Source: Candidatus Eremiobacteraceae bacterium
GTDB lineage: Bacteria > Vulcanimicrobiota > Vulcanimicrobiia > Eremiobacterales > Eremiobacteraceae
NCBI GenBank assembly: GCA_035710745.1
Contig: DASTCX010000035.1
Coordinates: forward strand, 30,891-94,890
Length of the DNA stretch: 64,000 bases
Direction: 5' to 3'
The notes beneath the pieces were generated by a model. That model did no database searches. It was not told where the DNA came from and worked only from the letters and a program-made list of their open reading frames with translations. The position numbers and the translations under genes were made by a program. Of the stretch, positions 10,012-18,247 are shown one piece after another (positions within the stretch are counted from its first letter, which is position 1; each line of letters opens with the position of its first letter).

Positions 10012-10947
10012 GTGATGTACTACGCGGCGTTCGGCTTGTCACGAGATCCGTTCATGGACACGGCCGACCCCTCGTACTACTACGAGACGATCGCGTGCGC
10101 GAACGGGCGACGCCGCCTCGCCGAATGCATGATATCCGGCCGCGGTCTTGCGGCCGTCATCGGACCGATAGGCGTCGGCAAGACGACGCTCTGCAACGCG
10201 GTCCAGCAAGACGTGCTCGGCGTGCCGACGTGTCAAGCCGGGCTCATCCTCGACCCGACCTTCGACGACGAAGCAGCTTTCGTCAGCGCGATCGGCACCT
10301 CGCTCGGTCTCGAGCTTCCCGATCCGCCCGAACGCGGCGGTGTACACGCTCTCAAGGATCGCCTCAAGCATGCGCTCTTCGCTTCGCTCCGAAACGGCAC
10401 GCAGTACGTGCTATTCATCGACGAAGCCCAGCTTTTGCCCGAACCCCAGCTCGAGACGCTCCGGTCGCTGCTCAACTATCAGGTCGACGAGCGCAAACTG
10501 CTCGCCGTCGCCCTTTCAGGTCAACCCGAGCTTGCGCGGCATCTCGCACGTCATGCGGGTCTCACCGATCGCATCGCGCTGTGGCTCGAGCTCGAGCCGC
10601 TCGCGGAGAGCGAAGCTGCGGCGCTTCTCGATCATCGTCTGCGGGTCGCCGGCTTCTCCGGCGCGCGCTCGCCGTTCTCTCCCGAGACCGCATCTGCGGC
10701 ATGGCGGCTCGCTCGCGGCTTGCCGCGACGCCTGACTTCAATCGCTCGCGGCGCGATGGAGGTCGCCTCGGAACGAGGATCGAGCGAAGTCAGCGTCGCC
10801 GACGTCGTAGCGGCGAGACGGCGCGTGCCGCCCGAAGCGATGCCTGAGTCCGCCTCGGGTGCTCAAGAGATGACCGACACCGGTCGAGCTAAAGCTCGAC
10901 CGCTACAAAGTCAGCGCCGCTGGCCGTGGATGTGGTTCGCGCGATGA
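10012..10947 (+). CDS. ExeA/GspA-like AAA+ ATPase (AAA_22 type)
   Basis: N-terminal YAAFGLSRDPF, Walker A GPIGVGKTTL, Walker B VLFIDEAQLL. The C-terminal 23 codons read through a type-B REP (..TGRAKARPLQ..). Confidence 0.8.
   Translation: MMYYAAFGLSRDPFMDTADPSYYYETIACANGRRRLAECMISGRGLAAVIGPIGVGKTTLCNAVQQDVLGVPTCQAGLILDPTFDDEAAFVSAIGTSLGLELPDPPERGGVHALKDRLKHALFASLRNGTQYVLFIDEAQLLPEPQLETLRSLLNYQVDERKLLAVALSGQPELARHLARHAGLTDRIALWLELEPLAESEAAALLDHRLRVAGFSGARSPFSPETASAAWRLARGLPRRLTSIARGAMEVASERGSSEVSVADVVAARRRVPPEAMPESASGAQEMTDTGRAKARPLQSQRRWPWMWFAR
10880..10907 (+). repeat. REP-like element type B embedded in the 3' end of the ATPase CDS
   Basis: CCGGTCGAGCTAAAGCTCGACCGCTACA. Positions 2-28 are identical to the copy at 598..625. 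There is no in-frame stop upstream of it. Confidence 0.85.
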
Positions 10948-11582
10948 GCGCCGACGATCGTCTCCCGGCCGACATGCTGCTGCTTCGCGAGCGGCGCCGG
11001 CGGATGACGTCATCGTCGGAGCCCGTGCTGCTCGAAAGCGACGCGATCGTCGACGGCTTCGCTTCGGAAGAGCTGCCCGCACGAGACGGCGCTCTACATC
11101 TATATAGGTCGCTCGGGTCGGTGACCCTCGCAGCGATGACGTGGACCGGCGCGATCGACCATGCTGCATTGCAGCGCGCGATCGCTTGCGCCCAGCTCGA
11201 AGGTCCGTTTTCGGCGTTTTCAAGCGGATGGTTTGCGAGGGTGTCGACCGCGAACGCGCTGCCTCCACATGGCGAGGCGGCACTTCTTGCGACGTTGTCG
11301 ACGTCCGACGTCGAGTTGCTCGAGCGCGCGTCGTCGAACCACGCGGCCCCCGTTGTCGAAAGGCTCGGCCTCGCCTCGCTCCTGCCGTCGACCATCGTCG
11401 GGGCGGACGATCCGACGATCGAGGCCGCGACGGTGGTCTTGACGACCTATCGGCGCGCGTCGCTCGTCGTCGCATGGCTCGACGCGATCGGCGGCGATGC
11501 CGGCGCCGACGCGACAAGCCGTCGCGATGAAGCGGCGGCTGCGGCTATGTCGATGCTACGAGCGCTTCTCGGCGAAGCGTGA
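10944..11582 (+). CDS. Hypothetical protein (212 aa) translationally coupled to the ExeA-like ATPase
   Basis: ATG 10944 overlaps the ATPase stop (ATGA); GTG 10926 is an alternative. Ala/Leu-rich, with no TM segment and no motif I recognise. Confidence 0.6.
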   Translation: MSADDRLPADMLLLRERRRRMTSSSEPVLLESDAIVDGFASEELPARDGALHLYRSLGSVTLAAMTWTGAIDHAALQRAIACAQLEGPFSAFSSGWFARVSTANALPPHGEAALLATLSTSDVELLERASSNHAAPVVERLGLASLLPSTIVGADDPTIEAATVVLTTYRRASLVVAWLDAIGGDAGADATSRRDEAAAAAMSMLRALLGEA

Positions 11583-11591
11583 GGGCTTGAA

Positions 11592-11786
11592 CTACGCTGG
11601 AACGACTTTTTCGAGCGCGCGGGCGTCGTTCTGACGCTCTTGGTAGACTTCGAGACGGTGGACCGGCACCGAGCGCGGCGCGGTGATACCCAACTTGACC
11701 TGATCGCCGCCCACGGCGACGATCGTTATCCTGATCTCGTCGCCGATGACGATCTCTTGATTCAACTTACGGGTCAAAACGAGCAT
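11592..11786 (-). CDS. csrA: Carbon storage regulator CsrA
   Basis: MLVLTRKLNQEIVIGDEIRITIVAVGGDQVKLGITAPRSVPVHRLEVYQ. GGAG sits 6 nt upstream of this ATG. The ORF-track start at 11801 adds an atypical MMERE. Confidence 0.9.
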   Translation of the reverse strand: MLVLTRKLNQEIVIGDEIRITIVAVGGDQVKLGITAPRSVPVHRLEVYQERQNDARALEKVVPA

Positions 11787-11874
11787 TTCGCGCTCCATCA
11801 TAGAGAAGCGAAGAGGGACCCGTGCGTTCCACCGAGTCCCTCCCCCATCCTCCGCCCGCTTGTTCGCTCGCCGG
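11787..11874 (-). promoter_or_regulatory. GGA-rich csrA leader (possible CsrA autoregulatory sites)
   Basis: Six GGA motifs on the minus strand within 11794..11853, including the Shine-Dalgarno GGAG and GGAGGATGGGGGAGGGAC. One GGA lies in the loop of a small hairpin (GTG-GAACG-CAC inside AGGGAC..GTCCCT). Confidence 0.35.
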
Positions 11875-12165
11875 TCATTCTTCGTTGAGCAGGTCCGCGG
11901 CGAGTCTTCCCAGGAGCGCGCTCACGATGTCCCGGCTCGAGACGAAGTAGCGGCCGCGTCGGATCTTCCTCCTCAGCTCGTGCACGATCGTGTCGCGTTC
12001 TTCCGGGAGATTCGCGAGATGATGCTCCAACTCGGGATTCCGCGCCTCACCCTCACCGACCGCACGTTCGCCGGGGCTGGGCTGCGAATGCTTCGCCTTG
12101 CCGTCGACGTAAGCGGCCAGCGCGGCTTTCACTTGCTGCGAGGAGATCTTCATCGCTTTTCTCAT
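11875..12165 (-). CDS. flgM: Anti-sigma-28 factor FlgM
   Basis: 96 aa (or 92 aa from ATG 12153). C-terminal TIVHELRRKIRRGRYFVSSRDIVSALLGRLAADLL matches the FlgM sigma-28-binding helix pattern. The 231-aa ORF in the track is over-extended. Confidence 0.7.
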   Translation of the reverse strand: MRKAMKISSQQVKAALAAYVDGKAKHSQPSPGERAVGEGEARNPELEHHLANLPEERDTIVHELRRKIRRGRYFVSSRDIVSALLGRLAADLLNEE

Positions 12166-12382
12166 CGGCCCGCTGCGCGGACGCGGATAGCCGGGAACGG
12201 TCACAAAGCGTCGAGCACTGGGCCGTCCCGGGCCGGAATGTGGTCGCGCGCACTTGTCCTCGCTGACCGCGCGCACTGGTGCAGGACCCCGCGGCGATAC
12301 CGGGTCATTCTTGCAATCCGGACGCGCGTCGCCTGACGCGCGGCCCGTTACGCGTCGTTTGCCGACGAAAGGGACGGATTCC

Positions 12383-13288
12383 ATGAGCGCGCACATCAGG
12401 GCGGCATCTGTGGCGGTTATCGTTCTTGCGTTGACCGCATGCGGCTTGACGACGAGTTCACTCCCAGGCGTCGTCCGGCCACCTGACCAGCATACGGCAA
12501 TCCCCGTGTCGATGGCCTTGCGAACACCGCCGGACAGCGCGATGAACCCCATGCTTCGCGAGCGTATCACCTACAACGGCGGCAAGGTCCAACGCATCCC
12601 TAAGATATACGTGAACTATTGGGGCTTCAATGTCAGTGGACGCGATCCGAACGGCGAGCAGTTCTACCTGACGAATTTCCTCGAAGGCATCGGCGGCAGC
12701 ACGTGGCTGAGCGACGTGACGCAGTACTACGAAGTGCTAAACGGCCGCCGGCTCCACATCCAGAACAACGTCGGCGAGATGCAGGGTGCCTGGATAGACG
12801 GTACCTCGATACCGCTACACCCCACCGACAGCCAGATACAAAGGGCAGCAAAACGCCTCATCACCCATTTCGGCTTTCACGCCGACGCGACGTACATAGT
12901 GGCGACGCCCCACGGTCACAACACGCAGGGTTTCGGTACCCAGTTCTGCACGTATCACAGCGCTCTCGTCGGGAGCGGCGGTGCCGTCGCGTACGTCGAC
13001 TTCCCGTATATCTCGGACGCAGGCGCGGCATGCTTTGCAAATGCGGTGAACGGCGGTCAGGCAGGTCGGCTCGACGGCGTGAGCATCCTCGCTGGCGGGA
13101 TCATCGCTGAAACGCAGACCGATCCGTTCATACCGTTCGCATTCGCGTGGATCAACCCCGACGGCGCCGAGATCGGAAGCGATTGCACCGGGCTCAACTT
13201 GCGAGACATAACCTTCTCGACAGGTACGTTCGCGATACAAGGCCTGTGGAGCGACAAGCGCAACCTCTGTTCCGACAGCGGACCGTAA
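12383..13288 (+). CDS. Secreted lipoprotein, paralogue B; EXORDIUM/PHI-1-like
   Basis: Lipobox VLALTAC|G. Motifs ITYNGGKVQRIPKIYVNYWGF, DPNGEQFYLTNFL, VATPHGHNTQGFGTQFCTYH, LDGVSILAGGIIAETQTDP, FAIQGLWSDKRNLC. Colinear with 8998..9918. Confidence 0.8.
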   Translation: MSAHIRAASVAVIVLALTACGLTTSSLPGVVRPPDQHTAIPVSMALRTPPDSAMNPMLRERITYNGGKVQRIPKIYVNYWGFNVSGRDPNGEQFYLTNFLEGIGGSTWLSDVTQYYEVLNGRRLHIQNNVGEMQGAWIDGTSIPLHPTDSQIQRAAKRLITHFGFHADATYIVATPHGHNTQGFGTQFCTYHSALVGSGGAVAYVDFPYISDAGAACFANAVNGGQAGRLDGVSILAGGIIAETQTDPFIPFAFAWINPDGAEIGSDCTGLNLRDITFSTGTFAIQGLWSDKRNLCSDSGP

Positions 13289-13298
13289 CGTTTCTGTT

Positions 13299-14888
13299 GT
13301 GAAAACGCCGCTCGCCGTCACGCAATGCCTCGATCGCGCGCGGTCGATCTACGGCGCGTCGCTCGGCGTCGTGTGCGGCGGCACGCGACTTACCTACGGC
13401 GAGGTCGCCGCGCGAGTCGATCGGCTCTCCGCCGGCTTGACGGCGCTCGGCGTCAAGGGCGGCGATGTCGTCGCATGTCTCTCGTTCAACTGCCACCGGC
13501 TGCTCGAGCTCTACTATGCGGTGCCGCAGATGGGCGCGATACTTCTGCCGATCAACATCCGGCTCACGCCGGACGATTTCGCGTTCATCATAGAAGACTC
13601 CGGCGCCACGACGGTCGTCATCGATCGCGCGCTCATCGGCCTCTTCGCTTCGGTCCGCTCGCGACTCGCGCATGTCGAACGTGTCATCCTCATGGGCGGC
13701 GACGCGAAGACGCAAGACGCCATCGACGGCGACGACTACGAGATGCTCGTCGACGATGGCGCCGAGACGTTCGAACGGCCGGCGCTCGACGAAGACGCCG
13801 TCGCCGAGCTGTTCTACACGAGCGGCACGACTTCACGGCCTAAAGGCGTCATGCTGACGCACCGCAATCTCTACATGCACGCGATGTCGGTGCTCGCTGC
13901 GCTCCATCCGACGGACGCCGACGTGCAGCTCCACTCGATCCCGCTTTTCCACGTCAACGGCTGGGGCACACCCCACACGATAACGTTCGTCGGCGGCCGG
14001 CACGTCATGGTGCCGCGTTTCGACCCCGAGGTCATCCTCGCGACGATCGAGCGCGAACGCGTCACGCAGATGCTCCTCGTGCCGACGATGGCCGTCGCGC
14101 TTCTCAATTCGCCGTCAGCGAAAACGCGCGATCTGTCCTCGATGCGCCGCATCAAGGTCGGCGGCGCCGCCGCTCCGCCGAGCCTCATCGCCGCGCTCGA
14201 CGCGTGGCTGCCGGGCTGCACGATCACGTGCGGCTACGGCCTCACCGAGACGACGCCCGTACTCACGGTCGCCGGGCTCAAAGCAGGGCTCGAAGGTGAC
14301 CCGACCCGTTCGGTATTGCTGCGGTCGACGGCGGGCGTCCCCATCCCCGGCGTCGAGGTCGAGATCATCGACGAGAGCGGGCAGCCGCTTCCGCACGACG
14401 GCGTCGCGGTCGGCGAGATATGCGCGCGCGGAAATTCCATCATGGCGGGATATTGGAAGCAGCCGGAGGAGACCGCGCTCGCCTTTGCTGGCGGGTGGTT
14501 TCACACCGGCGACGTCGGCGCCATCGATCCGAACGGCTACGTCTATATCGTCGACCGGAAGAAAGACATCATCATCACGGGCGGCGAGAACGTCGCGTCG
14601 CTCGAGATCGAGAACGCGCTGTACACCCACCCGAGCGTCCTCGAGTGCGCGGTCATCGCATTGCCCGATCCGCTGTGGGGCGAAGTGCCTGCGGCACTCG
14701 TCGTGCTCAAGGCGAACGCGAGCGCGGACGAACCCGGGCTCATCGCCCACTGCAAGTCGACGCTCGCCGGCTTCAAGGTCCCGAAGCGCGTGCGCTTCGT
14801 CGAGTCGCTGCCCAAGGGCGGCACCGGCAAGATCCTCAAGCGCCAGCTTCGCGACGAGTACATCCGCGAGCTGTCCGGCGCGACCTAG
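13299..14888 (+). CDS. AMP-dependent acyl-CoA synthetase/ligase
   Basis: YTSGTTSRPKGVMLTHRNL, GYGLTET, TGDVGAIDPNGYVYIVDRKKDIIITGGENV, GKILKRQLR. GTG start. Confidence 0.9.
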   Translation: MKTPLAVTQCLDRARSIYGASLGVVCGGTRLTYGEVAARVDRLSAGLTALGVKGGDVVACLSFNCHRLLELYYAVPQMGAILLPINIRLTPDDFAFIIEDSGATTVVIDRALIGLFASVRSRLAHVERVILMGGDAKTQDAIDGDDYEMLVDDGAETFERPALDEDAVAELFYTSGTTSRPKGVMLTHRNLYMHAMSVLAALHPTDADVQLHSIPLFHVNGWGTPHTITFVGGRHVMVPRFDPEVILATIERERVTQMLLVPTMAVALLNSPSAKTRDLSSMRRIKVGGAAAPPSLIAALDAWLPGCTITCGYGLTETTPVLTVAGLKAGLEGDPTRSVLLRSTAGVPIPGVEVEIIDESGQPLPHDGVAVGEICARGNSIMAGYWKQPEETALAFAGGWFHTGDVGAIDPNGYVYIVDRKKDIIITGGENVASLEIENALYTHPSVLECAVIALPDPLWGEVPAALVVLKANASADEPGLIAHCKSTLAGFKVPKRVRFVESLPKGGTGKILKRQLRDEYIRELSGAT

Positions 14889-15661
14889 TTCCCGAGCTTG
14901 CGCCGCAGGACGCGGCGGGGGACGTACATCATCGCAAGCGTGAATGCGACGAGCCATGCGATGTCGATTCCCGTTTGGACCGTCGGCGCGCCGATGAGCA
15001 GCTGGCGGCACGCGGCGACCGCGTGATAGAGCGGCGTGCACCACCCGATGGCCGCGACCCACGCCGGCATCCGATCGAGCGGGAAGAACACGCCGCCGAC
15101 CATGAGCATCGGCGTCACGACGAACGAGAAATAGAAGAACAGATGCTCTTGGATCGCGACGATCATCGCGACGTAGAAGCCGGGCACGGCGAACGCCATG
15201 CCGCCGAGCGCGAAGACGAGCGGGCACGCGAGCACCCACCACGAGTGGATGAGACCGAACGCAGCGACCGCTGCGAGGAAGAGCGTGCCGTAGAGCACCG
15301 CACGGAACGCCTGCCAGAGATATTCGCCCGCCGCGATCTCGAGCGGATCGACCGGCGCCGTCACCATCGACTCGTAGACGCCGTTGAAGTTGAGGCGCTC
15401 GAAGCAGCCCCAGCACGAGTCGAACGTACCGGCGTTCATGACCGCCATGCCGAGCATTCCCGGAGCGATGAACTGCATGAGCGTGCCGTGGCCGGTGAGC
15501 GTCACGTACGCGCCAAGTCCGAGACCGATCGCCAGGAAGTATATGAACGGGTCGATTATGTTGATCGCGACGCTCGACACCGCGTACTTCTGCCACGCGA
15601 GGAAATTGCGCCAGAAGACGAGCCGAGCGTTGCGCCCGACGATCGCGGTGAGCGGATTCAC
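14885..15661 (-). CDS. ABC-2 type transporter permease
   Basis: 258 aa with multiple TM segments (FLAIGLGLGAYV.., GMLGMAVMNAG.., LVFALGGMAFAVPGFYVAMIVAI..). The GTG at 15661 overlaps the ATPase stop (GTGA). Confidence 0.8.
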   Translation of the reverse strand: MNPLTAIVGRNARLVFWRNFLAWQKYAVSSVAINIIDPFIYFLAIGLGLGAYVTLTGHGTLMQFIAPGMLGMAVMNAGTFDSCWGCFERLNFNGVYESMVTAPVDPLEIAAGEYLWQAFRAVLYGTLFLAAVAAFGLIHSWWVLACPLVFALGGMAFAVPGFYVAMIVAIQEHLFFYFSFVVTPMLMVGGVFFPLDRMPAWVAAIGWCTPLYHAVAACRQLLIGAPTVQTGIDIAWLVAFTLAMMYVPRRVLRRKLGN

Positions 15662-16599
15662 TCGCCGAGCTCCCTGCCCGTTATGTTGAGAAAGACGTCT
15701 TCGAGCGTCGCGGCGCGGGCGACGTGGCGCCGCGAGTCGAGGCCGGCCTGCGCCATCCGCGCGAGCAGCGCTCGATTGTCGTCCGTGTAGAGGTAGGTGA
15801 CGTCGCCGTGCCGCTCGCGTCGCCGGACCAGCCCGTCGAAGGCGTCGGTCCGCGCAAGCACGTCGGCGTGCGCGGGTTCGGCGATCACCTCGAGGACTTC
15901 CGCCGCTGCGAAGCGCTGGACGAGCCCAGCCGGGGTGTCTTCGGCGAAGACCAGCCCCTCTTCCATCACGGCGATCCGGTCGCATAGGCGCGCCGCTTCT
16001 TCCATATAATGCGTCGTGACGATGAGCGTCAGGCCGCGCTCGCGAAGCCCGTTGAGCGTTTCCCAGACCATAAGGCGGGCTTGCGGGTCGAGGCCCGTCG
16101 TCGGTTCGTCGAGGACGAGCAGTTCGGGTTCGTTGACGAGCGCGCGGGCGATGACCAGCCGGCGGCGCATACCGCCCGAAAGCTCCTTGTACTTCGCCCG
16201 CTCTTTGCCAGTGAGGCTCATCATGGCGAGCAGCGAGCGCGCGCGCTTTTCGGCCTCGGCTTGGCGCAGACCGAAGAACGAGCCGTAGACGAGGAGATTT
16301 TCCATCACGGTCAGTTCTTGATCGAGCGCGTTCTCTTGCGTCACGACGCCGATGCGCGATTTGATCTCGCGCGCACTCCTGGCCGCGTCGAGGCCGAGCA
16401 CGTCGAGCGTCCCCGAAGTGCGGGCGATGCGGCAGTAGATCATCTTCATCGTCGTCGTCTTGCCGGCGCCGTTGCGGCCGAGGAAGCCGAAACACTCGCT
16501 CGGCGCGATCGCGAACGAGATGCCGCGCACGGCCTCGAGCGAGCCGTAACGCTTCGTGAGACCGGTCGCGGCGACGGCGGGGACGAGATGCGACGCCAT
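15658..16599 (-). CDS. ABC transporter ATP-binding protein (DrrA/NodI-like)
   Basis: Walker A GRNGAGKTTT, signature LSGGMRRRL, Walker B LLVLDEPTTGLD. Start ATG 16599, alternative 16614. The 437-aa ORF in the track is over-extended. Confidence 0.9.
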   Translation of the reverse strand: MASHLVPAVAATGLTKRYGSLEAVRGISFAIAPSECFGFLGRNGAGKTTTMKMIYCRIARTSGTLDVLGLDAARSAREIKSRIGVVTQENALDQELTVMENLLVYGSFFGLRQAEAEKRARSLLAMMSLTGKERAKYKELSGGMRRRLVIARALVNEPELLVLDEPTTGLDPQARLMVWETLNGLRERGLTLIVTTHYMEEAARLCDRIAVMEEGLVFAEDTPAGLVQRFAAAEVLEVIAEPAHADVLARTDAFDGLVRRRERHGDVTYLYTDDNRALLARMAQAGLDSRRHVARAATLEDVFLNITGRELGE

Positions 16600-16676
16600 G
16601 CACACTGTTTGCATGGTGGCGCGCGGGATTCCGCCGTCCGGGCCGCGGGTGCAGGATACGCTCGTACCCCGTTCCA

Positions 16677-18239
16677 ATGACGGGCCCGAATGATCCGGCA
16701 TCTTTTCCGCTACTTGAGCCAAGCGAAGATCCCGCCGGCGTTGCCGCCTTGTCGACGCTCGCCGTTCACAGGAGCTTGTTGACCGAAATGCCCTGCAGCG
16801 CCAACGCGCGTACCCAGCTCTCGCCCGCCGATCGTGCACGTTACGTCGCCGATCATCTCCCGCCCCACTTGTTCCGCAGCGTCGCCGGACCCGATGTAAC
16901 GGATCCCGGCAAAGTCGCGTGGCGCATCTCCCCCGAACCCTTCCCGCTTTCGCCTGCAACCGTCGCCGCATTCGAACGTCTCGGCGGCGATCTGCTCAGG
17001 TTCTACCGAGCCGCGAATAAGTTGTACGCGCAAAGCGTCAAAGGTCAGGCGCCCGACTTCATCCGCGACTACCTCGAGCTTGGTAAGCCCGACAACATCA
17101 TCCGTCTCCAGCGTCAGAACCGCTTCAAGCAAGACGTGCCCGGCGTCATCCGGCCAGACATAATCCTCACCGAAGGCGGGATGATCGCGTCCGAACTCGA
17201 CTCGGTGCCCGGCGGCATGGGTTTTGTCGGCGCGATGGGCCAGACGTACTGCGAGCTCGGCTTCGATCAAGTCGGCGAGTTCGACGGCATCCTGCGCGGC
17301 TTCGCGGCGATGGCGACGGCCGCGTCGGGCGGTAAGGAAAAGCCGGTCATCGCGGTCGTCGTCTCGCGCGAATCCGACGACTATCGCGGCGAGATGGATT
17401 GGCTCGCGGGAGCGCTGCGCGACGCAGGGCTCGCGAACGCCGTGACCGTGCGACCCGACGAACTCGTGTTCACCGAAGAGGCGCTCGTCGTCGACACGCC
17501 GTCCGGGCGGCACACCGTCGACGTCCTCTACCGCTTCTTCGAGCTCTTCGACTTGCTCAACATCCCGAAGCAAGAGCTCATGCTCTATGCCGCGCGCCAC
17601 AAGCGCGTCGCGCTGACGCCGACGCCAAAGTCCTTCCTCGAGGAGAAGCTCTGGTTCGCGCTCTTCCACAACCCGATGCTCGAGACGCTCTGGTCGGACG
17701 AGCTCGGCGGCGACTCGTTCTTTCGTTTGCGCGCGATCATCCCACAGACGTGGGTTCTCGACCCGCATCCGCTGCCGCCCCAGGCGGTCATCTACGGCCT
17801 CACCGCGGATGGCCGGCCGATCCGGGCGTGGCGAGATTTGTACGGCCTCTCGAAGTCCGAGCGCCAGTTCGTCGTCAAGCCGTCCGGATTTTCGGAATTG
17901 GCCTGGGGCAGCCGCGGCGTCTATGTCGCGAACGATCTGACGCGCGACGAATGGATGGCGGTGATCGACGGCGGACTCGCGACGTATGAGAAGTCGCCGC
18001 AGATCCTGCAGCGCTTTCACAAAGGCAGACGCGTCCAATCGAGCTATCTCGACGAGGCGAGCGGTACGATCAAGACGCTCGACGGCCGAGTTCGCCTATG
18101 CCCGTATTATTTCGTCGCGGGCGACGACGCGCCGCTGAGCGGAGTGCTCGCGACCATCGTCCCCGCTGACAAGCGTCTGATCCACGGCATGGCCGACGCC
18201 ATCATGGCGCCGTGTTCGGTGAGCGACTCGGGGTACTAG
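16677..18239 (+). CDS. Hypothetical 520-aa protein, possibly a circularly permuted ATP-grasp enzyme (eukaryotic-type glutathione synthetase / glutathionylspermidine synthase-like)
   Basis: Segment order RISPEPFPLSPATV.., VIRPDIILTEGGMIASELDSVPGGMGF, PVIAVVVSRESDDYRGEMDWLAGAL, VDVLYRFFEL, RQFVVKPSGFSELAWGSRGVYVA resembles that fold family. Recognition is from memory only. Confidence 0.35.
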   Translation: MTGPNDPASFPLLEPSEDPAGVAALSTLAVHRSLLTEMPCSANARTQLSPADRARYVADHLPPHLFRSVAGPDVTDPGKVAWRISPEPFPLSPATVAAFERLGGDLLRFYRAANKLYAQSVKGQAPDFIRDYLELGKPDNIIRLQRQNRFKQDVPGVIRPDIILTEGGMIASELDSVPGGMGFVGAMGQTYCELGFDQVGEFDGILRGFAAMATAASGGKEKPVIAVVVSRESDDYRGEMDWLAGALRDAGLANAVTVRPDELVFTEEALVVDTPSGRHTVDVLYRFFELFDLLNIPKQELMLYAARHKRVALTPTPKSFLEEKLWFALFHNPMLETLWSDELGGDSFFRLRAIIPQTWVLDPHPLPPQAVIYGLTADGRPIRAWRDLYGLSKSERQFVVKPSGFSELAWGSRGVYVANDLTRDEWMAVIDGGLATYEKSPQILQRFHKGRRVQSSYLDEASGTIKTLDGRVRLCPYYFVAGDDAPLSGVLATIVPADKRLIHGMADAIMAPCSVSDSGY

Positions 18240-18247
18240 GCCGACCG

